Shown here: piece by piece, positions 24,434-33,924 of the stretch
Layout of the letters: each line of letters opens with the position of its first letter
Position numbering within the stretch: position 1 is the stretch's first letter
Source of the DNA: a virus
Lineage: Duplodnaviria; Caudoviricetes
Length of the DNA: 44,370 bases
Virus record (IMG/VR): IMGVR_UViG_3300044667_000030
Location: 1 to 44,370 of that record
Direction: 5' to 3' (one strand)
Position numbers and translations under genes: made by a program
Notes under the pieces: model-generated
Databases searched by the model: none
What the model saw: only the letters and a program-made list of their open reading frames with translations
Told to the model about the DNA's origin: nothing

Positions 24434-25516
24434 ATGGCTCTTACTACTTCCGGCACCTCAACCATTACGTTGCCGGTAAATGCGATCTTCGAACAGAAGT
24501 TCTTGCGTCGTGCCCAGCAGGTTTGCCCTTACTTCATGGGCAGCCAGCCGGCCACGCTGATGAAGAATGGTGGCACCGCCACCCTCAAGTGGCGCCGTCA
24601 CGAACAGATGACGCCCTCGACCTCGGCGCTCTCCGAAATCACGACCGCTGCCTACATGGGCGGCCGTTCTTCGGCGACCGTTTCGATCACGGATGTCACC
24701 GGCCTCGCTGCGAAGTACGGCCAGTTCTACATCCTGACCGAAGAAGTCGATGTGCTGGACCCGGCGGGTACGCAGCTCGATCTTGCCGATGTTATCGGCG
24801 AGGCGGCTGGCCGTTCGCTCAACCAGCTCATGCGTAACATCATGGAAGGCAACGCCACCCTTGCGTATGCGGCGAACGTCGCATCGAAGGCTGCGGTTCA
24901 CGCCGCGGTTGCTGCGGGTGACTTGAACTACATGATCAACATCCTGACCCGCAACGTTGCGCGCACGTTCACGCCGATGTCCTCGGGCAGCACGGTGATC
25001 GGATCGGTTCCGATCCTGCCGGCGTACTGGGCCATCTGCCATCCAGATGTCGCCTATGACGTGTCGAGGATCACTGGCTTTACTTCGGTCGAGAAGTATG
25101 GCCAGCAGGTTGCGCTTGCTGAAGGTGAGTTCGGCACCTACAGCATCGCTGGCCGCGGACTCCGCTTCGTCATCTCGGAAGACGCCTCGGTTGCTGCGAA
25201 CGCTGGTGCTGCGCTCTCGGCCGCCGACCTGCGTTCCACGGGCGCGTCGAACGCCGACGTGTATTCGATCGTGATCTACGGTCAGGATGCCTTCGGCTCG
25301 ATTGGCCTCGGCAAGAAGCAGCCGGACGGCACCTACCGCGCGGGCGACAAGTCGGCGGCATGGGACATCATCATCAAGGACCGCAAGTCCGGTGGTTCGT
25401 CCGATCCGCTCGAAGAAATGAACACCATCGCCTACAAGTTCTGGTTTGGCGGCGCGGTTCTCAATGCCAACTGGAGCCGTTCGCTCCAGGTCGCGGCAAC
25501 TGACCTGACCAACTAA
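24434..25516 (+). CDS. Major capsid protein (N4-gp56 family, HK97 fold)
   Basis: KYGQF..LT, YWAICHPD, GEFG...G.RF, G.DAFG, SDPL...TIAYK; strong AGGAGG. Confidence 0.9.
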   Translation: MALTTSGTSTITLPVNAIFEQKFLRRAQQVCPYFMGSQPATLMKNGGTATLKWRRHEQMTPSTSALSEITTAAYMGGRSSATVSITDVTGLAAKYGQFYILTEEVDVLDPAGTQLDLADVIGEAAGRSLNQLMRNIMEGNATLAYAANVASKAAVHAAVAAGDLNYMINILTRNVARTFTPMSSGSTVIGSVPILPAYWAICHPDVAYDVSRITGFTSVEKYGQQVALAEGEFGTYSIAGRGLRFVISEDASVAANAGAALSAADLRSTGASNADVYSIVIYGQDAFGSIGLGKKQPDGTYRAGDKSAAWDIIIKDRKSGGSSDPLEEMNTIAYKFWFGGAVLNANWSRSLQVAATDLTN

Positions 25517-25531
25517 ACGTAACAACAAACT

Positions 25532-25565
25532 GGGCCGCCGGGGCAACTCGGCGGCTCTTTCTTTT
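25532..25565 (+). terminator. Intrinsic terminator after capsid gene
   Basis: GGGCCGCCGGG-GCAA-CTCGGCGGCTC then TTTCTTTT. Confidence 0.8.
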
Positions 25566-25576
25566 CAGGAGTCTGC

Positions 25577-26008
25577 ATGCAAGCCATGCCGATGGAAGAC
25601 CCGCGCGATAACCTCGAAAAGGCAACGCGCGATCAGTTATGGGCGTATGCGAAGTCAGTAGGCGTTGCTGAAGTACGCGAGCCGATGCCCAAACTGCTCT
25701 GCGAGCAGATCTTGCGGGCCAAGGGCTTTACCAACATTCCGGTAGATGTGACTCCGCTTGGGTCGCCCTCCGTGCGAGCGGGACCGCCGAAGCTTATCGA
25801 GACCCAGCCTGTTGCCGCTATCGATGCAATGACCGATCTCCGCCGGCAATATGAGCAACAGCAGGCGAATCCGGACCCTGTTCCCGTCCCGGAAGAATTG
25901 AATTTCGTTCAACTGCGCAGCGAGTTGAAGCGGCGCGGTATCAAGTTCGCCCGTTCTGACAATTTCGAAACCCTCAAGGCAAAGCTCAATGGCGAAAACG
26001 CTGCTTGA
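25577..26008 (+). CDS. Hypothetical protein with HeH/SAP-like helical motifs
   Basis: LRSELKRRGIK....D....LKAKL. Confidence 0.6.
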   Translation: MQAMPMEDPRDNLEKATRDQLWAYAKSVGVAEVREPMPKLLCEQILRAKGFTNIPVDVTPLGSPSVRAGPPKLIETQPVAAIDAMTDLRRQYEQQQANPDPVPVPEELNFVQLRSELKRRGIKFARSDNFETLKAKLNGENAA

Positions 26009-26702
26009 CGGCGTGAATGAGGTTCTTCGCAAGAAAAGCCTTATCGCGGGCGATGCCTCTGTTCTGACCTCGCTAACCGATAGCGCGCGCCAGTCGTGGA
26101 TTGATATTGCCGTTCAGTCGATCAATGAGGGGATCGACGAACTGTTTTCGATCACCCGGCGTTCGCTTCCCAAGCAGATGGTTGAGGCGACGATTACGCT
26201 GGTCAACGGGACCAAGGCCTATGCGCTCCCGTCCGGCCTTGTCCGGTTGCATTGGCCGCTGATCGACCGCACCAATCGCCGCTTCATACAGGAATACGCC
26301 ACGGGTTACGAGGGCATGTTGCTGGTCGATCTCGGGCAGACCTTCACGGGTCTCCCGCTCTATGCGGCTATCCGCGCCAGCGACAACTATCTTGTTCTGG
26401 ACCGCACGCCGACCACGGCTGAAAACGGCAACGTCTATAACTACCAGTATGACAAGGACACCGTTCTTTCGTCTGCCTCGGATACGATGCCGTTCAATGA
26501 CGCCGTATTCCGGGCGATGGTGGAAGTCTGGGCGCAGCTTTGGGAGCGTGTAAAGCGGACCCAGAACTATGACGAGATGATCTTCAAATCGAGCATGGGT
26601 AGGGCGGCAAGGCTGCTGACCCAGAGCCAGCCACGCGAGACATGGAATCCGCGCGAGGGCGTTGCCTACTATCTCAATTCTACCGATCCGATGCCGGAGT
26701 AA
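25989..26702 (+). CDS. Head-tail adaptor / tail tubular protein A-like
   Basis: TLLD.VNEVL N-terminus, TITLVNGTKAYALP; position after capsid. Confidence 0.7.
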   Translation: MAKTLLDGVNEVLRKKSLIAGDASVLTSLTDSARQSWIDIAVQSINEGIDELFSITRRSLPKQMVEATITLVNGTKAYALPSGLVRLHWPLIDRTNRRFIQEYATGYEGMLLVDLGQTFTGLPLYAAIRASDNYLVLDRTPTTAENGNVYNYQYDKDTVLSSASDTMPFNDAVFRAMVEVWAQLWERVKRTQNYDEMIFKSSMGRAARLLTQSQPRETWNPREGVAYYLNSTDPMPE

Positions 26703-26705
26703 CCC

Positions 26706-28376
26706 GTGCCTACAGCGGTTCCTCCGAAGGATCTTGACCTCAAAATCAAGTTCGGCGGTGGCCTTCATACGCGCGCGAGTGCTGATGAAATTGACGCGCG
26801 GGAAGCTGCGGATGGCCAGAATTTCATTCTGGACCTCGACAATCGGGAACTGCGCAACCGCCCGCCGTTCGATTATGTCGGTACGCTGCCGAATGGCGCG
26901 TCGGTCAACGGCGGCGGCTCTCTGCTCAAGGCAGATGGTACGGTCGCCATCTGCTTTCAGGGCGCCGACAAGGTTTATTCCTGGGATGGCGTCAGCACCT
27001 TCACCCAGATCGGCACTTGCAATCCGGCATCCAAGCTGCGCGGTCACTGGCGCTCGCACAACTGGAGCCTGACCAACAAGGTTCTGTTTACGGACCTTGC
27101 GCTGCAGGACACGGTTAAGGAATGGGACGGCACGACGTTTAGCAGCACCACGTTCCTGAAGTCTGACGGGTCTGCGTTCGGTTCGTTCTATGCGAAATAC
27201 CTTAGCGTCACGAACGAATTGGCGATGTTCTTCAACATCCGCGACGGCTCCGGCACCTTGCCGCACCTGATCGTTGGATCGAAGACCAGCGACTACACGA
27301 CGATATCGGTTACGAACCAGCCATCAGACGCTTCTAGCGTGTCCGATCCGTTCTACATGCTCTCGCCGGACCTGCGGCCCATCAACGGGATCGTGCAGGC
27401 CTTCGGCGCCTCGATCTTCTCGACCGAAAAAGGCTCGCTGTTCAACATCACGGGCAGCAGCGCGAAGGATTACGCGGTCGATAGCTTCTCCGACTTTGCT
27501 GCGGCGGTCGGTGATGAATCGGTTGAATGGATTGGCACGGACATCATCTATGGCCGTCCCGGTCGCATTGAAAGCGTTCGCGACACCAACACGTTCGGCA
27601 ACTCATCTGCCGACGACATCACGTTCCAGATCGCGGATGTAATCTCGACCTATGACGGCTGGACGATTGTCTATAACAGCCGCAAGAACCTTGTTTACTG
27701 CTTCCCCGCCGATCAGTCGGAGGTGTGGGTATTCAATAACGCCATGCGAACCTCACGGCAGGTTTCGCAGAATGTCCTTGGCCAGTTCGTCGAACAGAAC
27801 GAGGTGCAGAAAAAGGCGGGCTCTCTCAGCCCATGGATGCGCTACCGCACCACGCATGCGCTCGCCTTCCAGCCGACCATGGTCATGTCCATGCTCGATC
27901 CTGCGGACGGGCTGGAATATGTTTTCATGGGTGACGCCTCCGGCAATATCTACCGCATGGAGGGAAGCGGGACGTCCGGCGATGGCGGATCGTCTTCGGT
28001 CGAAACGACGTGGACCAGCAAGGTGTTCTCGGCACCGTTGGATGCGGAAGCGTACAACGTCGAGGGCTACATCAAATACAAGAAGAGCGAGGCCTGTACG
28101 GTCACCCTCACGTTCCTCGCGCAAGGAACGACTGCCTTCGATCAATCGGTCACGATCACCATTCCGGCGGCAACCCAGGTTCATTACTGGGGCGGGGCGA
28201 ATTACTGGGGCGAAACCAAATACTGGGGCGTAGCTGGCCAGAACCGGCTTATTCGGCAGCCCTTTGTTCCTCCGGGCCAGATGGAAGACTTTCAGGTGAA
28301 GGTCGATATCGACGGCACCACCAACTTCAATATCAACGAAATCGGCATCAGGTTTAAGGTCGCAACGTCTAGATGA
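26706..28376 (+). CDS. Tail nozzle / tubular protein B-like (beta-propeller)
   Basis: 556 aa beta-rich, FGGGL N-terminus, follows adaptor. Confidence 0.75.
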   Translation: MPTAVPPKDLDLKIKFGGGLHTRASADEIDAREAADGQNFILDLDNRELRNRPPFDYVGTLPNGASVNGGGSLLKADGTVAICFQGADKVYSWDGVSTFTQIGTCNPASKLRGHWRSHNWSLTNKVLFTDLALQDTVKEWDGTTFSSTTFLKSDGSAFGSFYAKYLSVTNELAMFFNIRDGSGTLPHLIVGSKTSDYTTISVTNQPSDASSVSDPFYMLSPDLRPINGIVQAFGASIFSTEKGSLFNITGSSAKDYAVDSFSDFAAAVGDESVEWIGTDIIYGRPGRIESVRDTNTFGNSSADDITFQIADVISTYDGWTIVYNSRKNLVYCFPADQSEVWVFNNAMRTSRQVSQNVLGQFVEQNEVQKKAGSLSPWMRYRTTHALAFQPTMVMSMLDPADGLEYVFMGDASGNIYRMEGSGTSGDGGSSSVETTWTSKVFSAPLDAEAYNVEGYIKYKKSEACTVTLTFLAQGTTAFDQSVTITIPAATQVHYWGGANYWGETKYWGVAGQNRLIRQPFVPPGQMEDFQVKVDIDGTTNFNINEIGIRFKVATSR

Positions 28377-28882
28377 CGGCAACGAACAAGTGGCGTCTTA
28401 GCCGGACACTAAAGCGCAATGTGAGTGTCCGGCCGATTGAGCAGGACGACGTAAAATACGCCTTCGCAGCATACAAGTCAGGGTCACTGAAAGACCTGTT
28501 TGCCGAGGGCATGGACCCCCCAACATTCAAGACGGCGTTCGAGTCTTACGTTCTGAGTAATGCTCACGCGGCGTGGGTGATCACGGCTCACACCAAAAAC
28601 GGATTTATCCCGGTTGGCTTGGCCTTCGGCGGCTGGGCTCCGCAGCAGGCGTTCATGGTCATCATCGGGATTGTCTGGTTTCCGTGGGCCAGCAAGCGAA
28701 ACATCACTGAGGGCACGGTCGGCTTCTTCAATTCCATCCGCAAGGAATTGAACTGGATGGGCTTTGCCACGGGTGAGCACAAGCGGATTTATGAGGTTTG
28801 CTGCATGCACGCGATCATGCGGCGAATTGGAACAACGCACATGGGCGACAAACAAGCCGCGGTTTACGAAGGTCGAAGATAA
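28373..28882 (+). CDS. GNAT-like virion assembly protein (tentative)
   Basis: VRPIEQDD start; position equivalent to P22 gp14/T7 gp13. Confidence 0.5.
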   Translation: MTATNKWRLSRTLKRNVSVRPIEQDDVKYAFAAYKSGSLKDLFAEGMDPPTFKTAFESYVLSNAHAAWVITAHTKNGFIPVGLAFGGWAPQQAFMVIIGIVWFPWASKRNITEGTVGFFNSIRKELNWMGFATGEHKRIYEVCCMHAIMRRIGTTHMGDKQAAVYEGRR

Positions 28883-29646
28883 TGTCGTTTCTGACTGACA
28901 TGTTCGGCAGCACGAAAGTCTCTCCTGCCTCTGTGTCTGCGCCCCCTCCGGTCACTCCACCGGGATTCAGGGCCGGTGGTCTCGCCGTGAACTGGGGTGA
29001 TAACGGGTACAATGTCGGCGCGAGCGATGCGCGCACCAGTGCGGTCGGGAACCTTGCCGATACGTTTGGTGCGCTTGGAAATCAGTACGGCACGTTGGCG
29101 TCGTCGGTGGCGCCGGGCTTCAATGATTTGCTCAAGACCCGCCTGACCGATCTCGGCAATCAGGCGACGGCGGCCATTGGCGATCTCAAGCAGAACCTCC
29201 AGTCGCGCCGCATTCTGGGCTCGTCCTTCGGGCAGGACACGATCAACCGTCTCAATACTGGCATCAACCAGCAGCGCGATGCGGTTATTGCGGACAACTA
29301 CCTAAAGTCGCTGCAGGCCCAGAAGGAACTCATCGGGCAGCAGTATCAGGCTTATGCGCAGAAATTCCAGACCGGCCTTGATGAACTCAACCTTGAGGCG
29401 TCGACGGCTTCCGGACTCATGGGCAGCGCGGCTGGCATCCTGCAGCAGAACCAAAGCCTGCTTGAAAAGGCCAATGAGTTCAATGCCGGTTCTATCAATA
29501 GCGCGGCGCAGTTCAATGCGAAGATGTCCAATGATCAGGCGTCTGGCTTCGGCAGCTTCTTGGGCAAATTCCTTCCGCTCCCATCGTCAGGCGGCGGCAA
29601 TCTCGGCTTCGTTCCGGGTCTCGGCAACTTCAAGGCGGGGCTCTAA
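28882..29646 (+). CDS. DNA ejection (internal virion) protein 1
   Basis: Gln/Asn/Ala-rich helical, RRILGSSFG motif, Gly-rich amphipathic C-terminus. Confidence 0.7.
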   Translation: MSFLTDMFGSTKVSPASVSAPPPVTPPGFRAGGLAVNWGDNGYNVGASDARTSAVGNLADTFGALGNQYGTLASSVAPGFNDLLKTRLTDLGNQATAAIGDLKQNLQSRRILGSSFGQDTINRLNTGINQQRDAVIADNYLKSLQAQKELIGQQYQAYAQKFQTGLDELNLEASTASGLMGSAAGILQQNQSLLEKANEFNAGSINSAAQFNAKMSNDQASGFGSFLGKFLPLPSSGGGNLGFVPGLGNFKAGL

Positions 29647-29648
29647 AA

Positions 29649-30941
29649 ATGGCTGAAAGCACTGGTTTCTTTGGCGGCCTCTCCAGCGGCATCGGCGAGC
29701 AGATGACGCAGAACCTTGAGGAACGGAAGCAGCAGGAGTTGGAGCGCCAGCGCCATACTGTTGAAGTCCAGAAGCAGATCGACGCCACTATTCAGCAGAT
29801 CGGCGAGATCGCGAAACAGGCCACTGCGGCCGGGAAAGACCCGAAGCAGGTTTACAGCAACGGGGCGGTGCAGACACTTGTGCGCAGTGCCCAGGATCTG
29901 GCCCAAAGCATCGGCCAAGACCCGACCCGGATAGGGGCGATGGCGCAGCTTGTGACGATGCAGTCGGCGCCCAAGCAGGACTCAAAGTTCTCGGTTGTCC
30001 ACTCGACGGACACGATGGGTAACAAATTCCCATCGCACATCCTCGACGAAACCTCCGGCACGATGAAGCCGGTCGGCGGCGGCGTCCCGCAAGCACCATC
30101 TCCGGTGGCTCCTGGGGTGCCGATGTCGTCAGCCGACACGCTCTCGCCATCGCAAACGGCGAATGCCACGCCGAACCAGCGGGTGGCTTCTGCCTTCGGG
30201 GGGAACGTCCAGACCGACGCGGTTCCTGCTCCGAAGCCGACACCCACAATTCCCGGTCAGCTCACCCAGGATGCCAAGCGGCTGATGGCCGAGCAGCTGC
30301 TCGCCGGCAATACAAGCGTCATGGCCGGGCTAGGGCTTGGCAAGAACGCAACGGCCACCCGCAACGAAATCCGCAACATGGCGGCGCAGATCGCGGCGGA
30401 GCGCGGGCTTTCCGCAGAAGATATGAATAACGCTGCGGCTGACTTCATGGGCATGAAGGCAGGTTCATCGTCCCTCGGTCGTCGTGAAAGCGGCGTGGTG
30501 GGCGCGATCATGGGTGCGGCAAAGACTGCCCCGCGCGTTCTTGAGGCCTCCGATCTTGTCGATCGCTCGCGTTACAAGGACATCAACAAGATCATCATGG
30601 CTGGCAAGGAGCGGACAGGCGACGAAAACGTCGTGAAGTTCGGCATTGCCGTTAACACCTTCATCAACAACTATGCGCGTGCGGTTGGCGCTGGCAATTC
30701 TCAGCTAACCGATTCTGCTCGCCATGAGGCAATGCAGAACCTTCAGCTCGCGTGGAGCAAGGGGCAAATCAAGGCGGCCATCGACCAGATGAATCTTGAG
30801 CTGGAATCCGAATTGCAGGGCGCGCACGAAGCCCGCAAGAGCTTCCTGACTGGATCGGCACTCAAGGCGGCGGGCAATAAGGATGCGGCTCCGAAGCCTG
30901 ATGCCGGCAAGGTCATCGACTACAGGGAATATTTCAAATAA
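29649..30941 (+). CDS. DNA ejection protein 2
   Basis: GFFGGLSSG N-terminus, Q/A-rich helical. Confidence 0.68.
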   Translation: MAESTGFFGGLSSGIGEQMTQNLEERKQQELERQRHTVEVQKQIDATIQQIGEIAKQATAAGKDPKQVYSNGAVQTLVRSAQDLAQSIGQDPTRIGAMAQLVTMQSAPKQDSKFSVVHSTDTMGNKFPSHILDETSGTMKPVGGGVPQAPSPVAPGVPMSSADTLSPSQTANATPNQRVASAFGGNVQTDAVPAPKPTPTIPGQLTQDAKRLMAEQLLAGNTSVMAGLGLGKNATATRNEIRNMAAQIAAERGLSAEDMNNAAADFMGMKAGSSSLGRRESGVVGAIMGAAKTAPRVLEASDLVDRSRYKDINKIIMAGKERTGDENVVKFGIAVNTFINNYARAVGAGNSQLTDSARHEAMQNLQLAWSKGQIKAAIDQMNLELESELQGAHEARKSFLTGSALKAAGNKDAAPKPDAGKVIDYREYFK

Positions 30942-32362
30942 TGCCCATCGTCGCCATGCCTGACGGCACGCAGGTCCAGTTCCCTGACGATATGCCGAAG
31001 GAAAAGATTCGCTCGCTGATCGAGCAGAAGTTCCCGAACGTGCATCCATCTGGCCCGAAGGATGTTCCGTTGTCCGCAGCGATCACGGACATTCCGAGTG
31101 AAATCGCCAAGACTGCTGGCAACGCGCTTTCTGCGATCAAGCAGGGCACTATTCCTGACGAAGGTCCACCGTCCATCATGGACACGGGCCGCGCCATTGT
31201 CGCCGTTCCTCAGTTGATCGCCTCTCCCGTTACGGGGGCGTTCCGTTCGGTCGCTGGCCATCTGATGGCGCAAGGCGAACATCAGGTCGGCAAGATCATA
31301 GCTCCGGAGATTGCGGCCAAGGACGACTTGCAGAAGATGTTCGAGACTTCCGCCAATCAGGCGGAGACCGCGTTGAGTGCGCTCGGTCCGCGCGGCAGCA
31401 AGCAGGTTCCGGCCAAGGTTCCAACTTCGGCGGAAATCAAATCGGCCGCCAGTCAGGCTTACGATTCCGTCAAGACCATGGGGGTCGAGGTCAAGGCGGA
31501 CTCGGTGGCGAATACGGCCACCAGGATCAAGTCGGCGCTGGAGGCTGATGGCATCGATGCCGATTTGGCAGACAAGACGTTCAAGACGCTAGACCGGCTG
31601 GAGAATGCGCCCGCTGGCGGCACCTTCACCATCAACAATCTCCGCACGACGCAACGTAAGCTCGGGCGCATTCTGCAGAGCCCCGATCCGACCGAACGAT
31701 TGGCCGCAGCTCGCGTTCTCGATGGCATCAACAAGCATTTTGAGAACTTGACGCCAGGCGATCTGGCTCGCGGCACTCCGGCTGATGCTGCGCAGGCGTC
31801 CGCGATCATCAAGGAAGCAAACGCCAACTACAAGGCCGCCAAGACCTCAGAACTTCTGGATGCCAAAAAGCAGTCCGCCGAACTGGACGCAGGCCGCATC
31901 AATTCTGGGCAGAACCTAGATAACAAGCTCCGCGCCCGCATCTATGACATTCTGAAAAACGACAAGTTAAAAAAAGGATTTTCACCAGAGCAAGTTGCCC
32001 AGATGGAAAGCATTGTGAAGGGGACGGCCCCCGGCAATGTAGTCCGCGCGATTGGCAATCTACTCGGCGGCGGCGGCGGTTATCATGCTTGGGTGACCGG
32101 CTTGCCAACTGCTGGCATTGCTCCTGGAATTGGTTGGGGAGTGAAGAAGCTCGGCAATGCCTTGACCTCCGCGCAGGTCCGCAAGCTCGATGAAATGGTG
32201 AGGGCATCTGCCCCGCTATCGCGCGGACTTCGCCCCGGCTATGCGCCCCAGGCCAACAGCGCCTTGGCGGCGGCGCTGGTGGCTCGCAATAGCCAACTCC
32301 CGGCCAGTTTCCTGCCATCCATGTTCATGTCGCCGTTGCAGGCCAACGCCGAAAATCAATAA
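30941..32362 (+). CDS. DNA ejection protein 3
   Basis: MPDG..VQFPDDM N-terminus, Gly-rich hydrophobic segment near C-terminus. Confidence 0.68.
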   Translation: MPIVAMPDGTQVQFPDDMPKEKIRSLIEQKFPNVHPSGPKDVPLSAAITDIPSEIAKTAGNALSAIKQGTIPDEGPPSIMDTGRAIVAVPQLIASPVTGAFRSVAGHLMAQGEHQVGKIIAPEIAAKDDLQKMFETSANQAETALSALGPRGSKQVPAKVPTSAEIKSAASQAYDSVKTMGVEVKADSVANTATRIKSALEADGIDADLADKTFKTLDRLENAPAGGTFTINNLRTTQRKLGRILQSPDPTERLAAARVLDGINKHFENLTPGDLARGTPADAAQASAIIKEANANYKAAKTSELLDAKKQSAELDAGRINSGQNLDNKLRARIYDILKNDKLKKGFSPEQVAQMESIVKGTAPGNVVRAIGNLLGGGGGYHAWVTGLPTAGIAPGIGWGVKKLGNALTSAQVRKLDEMVRASAPLSRGLRPGYAPQANSALAAALVARNSQLPASFLPSMFMSPLQANAENQ

Positions 32363-32431
32363 CGGCGGTCCCGCTATCGGGCCTGCCAAGTACCAGACCA
32401 GCGTGAAGTAAACCAAAAGAACCGCGCGCAT
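32216..32431 (-). CDS. Small membrane protein moron, candidate superinfection exclusion
   Basis: Hydrophobic N-terminus; TTCCCA-N17-TAGAAT-N7-ATG promoter. Confidence 0.45.
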   Translation of the reverse strand: MRAVLLVYFTLVWYLAGPIAGPPLLIFGVGLQRRHEHGWQETGRELAIASHQRRRQGAVGLGRIAGAKSAR

Positions 32432-32493
32432 AGCTCGGATTCTACCCCCGACAATCTGACTTGGGAACCGTCCTTTTGGGCGGACGATGATCT

Positions 32494-33921
32494 ATGGGCG
32501 CACCATACAGCTCGCAGCCGATTTCCAACTACAACGCCAATCCTCCCTCGGATGACGGATCTGCGACCACGCTTAATCAGATGACGTGGGCTAGTTTGAA
32601 GACCAAGCTGCCGGACCCAATCAAGGTCCGCACTGACAATATGGACAGTGCGCTGGTCATTGCGTTTACCAAGACGCTGGGCGGCGGCGGCATCACCTCG
32701 ATCAGCACGGACTACACGGTCCAGTCGTCCGATCAGGGCAAGCTCATCAAGGCAACCGCCAGTCTCACCCTCACGCTGGGTGATGCGACGGCATTTACGG
32801 CTCCGTTCTGCCACGGCTTCGTCAATCTGTCCGGCACGACCATCACTGTTCAAGGCTCCGGCGGACAGACGATCGACGGCAATACTTCAGTCCAGATCGC
32901 GCCACAGGCCGGCTTCCTTGCCTTCACGGACGGCGCTAACTGGAACACGACCGGCCTGCAAGGCACGCTCATCGGCAAGCAGTTGATGGCTGGCGACATC
33001 ATCAACGGGACCATTGTTCAGTCAAATAGCTCAAACGCCGTTACGTTCACCCTGAAGACGCTGGCTGGCAATACGCCGTCCTCGACCGACCCGGTTCTGG
33101 TTTGCTTCCGCAATGCGACGGCCGGCACAGGTAACTATGTTTATCGCGCGATCACGGCTGCGACCTCTGTAACGGTCTCATCCGGATCGACGCTGGGCGC
33201 TACCAATAACGTACCGTTCCGAGTCTGGATGGGGCTGCTCGACAATGCCGGCACGGTCGAGATGTTCGTCGTCAACTGCTTCACTGGAACGGCGATCTAT
33301 CCGCTTGGTCAGTTTCCGATTATCTCGACCACGGCAGAGGGTGGTGCTGGCGCATCCGATAGTGCCGGAGTTCCATACTCGACGACGGCGCGTTCATCGG
33401 TAGCCTACTGTGTTCTTGGCTATGCCGATTACAACTCAGGCCTTTCGACGGCGGGTAGCTGGAACGTCAATCCATCTCGCATCCAGCTTTATGGCCCCGG
33501 CGTGCCGCTGCCCGGCAACATCATTCAGACTGTGTATGCGACCAACTCGACTACAAAGAGCGTAACGTCGTCCACGCCAGCGGCAACCAATTTAACTGCC
33601 AGCATCACTCCGACGAGTGCCGCCAACGCCGTGAAGATTATTGCAAGCGGGCCTGTGGGTACTGTTTCTTTTGGAACCATCAATACCCTTACTCTGAGGC
33701 GCGGCACGTCAACCAGCATCGGAAATTCTGGCGCGTTTACCGGGAACGCTTCTGGTGGAACCCCGATCTCAACCGCAACCCTGTTTGCGCTGGATGCTCC
33801 CGGCACCACATCATCGCAAGCCTATAGCGTTTATATCAGCTCAAGCGATAACACCAACGCCGTAACCTGGAGCACCGGCAACACGACATCGACAATCATG
33901 CTCGATGAAGTGATGGCCTAA
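32494..33921 (+). CDS. Tail fibre/spike protein 1
   Basis: Thr/Ser-rich beta protein with YTVQSSDQGKLI...TIDG...TDGANW virion-anchoring module. Confidence 0.75.
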   Translation: MGAPYSSQPISNYNANPPSDDGSATTLNQMTWASLKTKLPDPIKVRTDNMDSALVIAFTKTLGGGGITSISTDYTVQSSDQGKLIKATASLTLTLGDATAFTAPFCHGFVNLSGTTITVQGSGGQTIDGNTSVQIAPQAGFLAFTDGANWNTTGLQGTLIGKQLMAGDIINGTIVQSNSSNAVTFTLKTLAGNTPSSTDPVLVCFRNATAGTGNYVYRAITAATSVTVSSGSTLGATNNVPFRVWMGLLDNAGTVEMFVVNCFTGTAIYPLGQFPIISTTAEGGAGASDSAGVPYSTTARSSVAYCVLGYADYNSGLSTAGSWNVNPSRIQLYGPGVPLPGNIIQTVYATNSTTKSVTSSTPAATNLTASITPTSAANAVKIIASGPVGTVSFGTINTLTLRRGTSTSIGNSGAFTGNASGGTPISTATLFALDAPGTTSSQAYSVYISSSDNTNAVTWSTGNTTSTIMLDEVMA

Positions 33922-33924
33922 GCC

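Noticed and set aside
24458-25546. 362-aa antisense ORF over the capsid gene (similar ones at 22084-23079 and 26073-27266)
   Set aside because: Typical antisense shadow ORFs of high-GC coding sequence; no RBS or motifs
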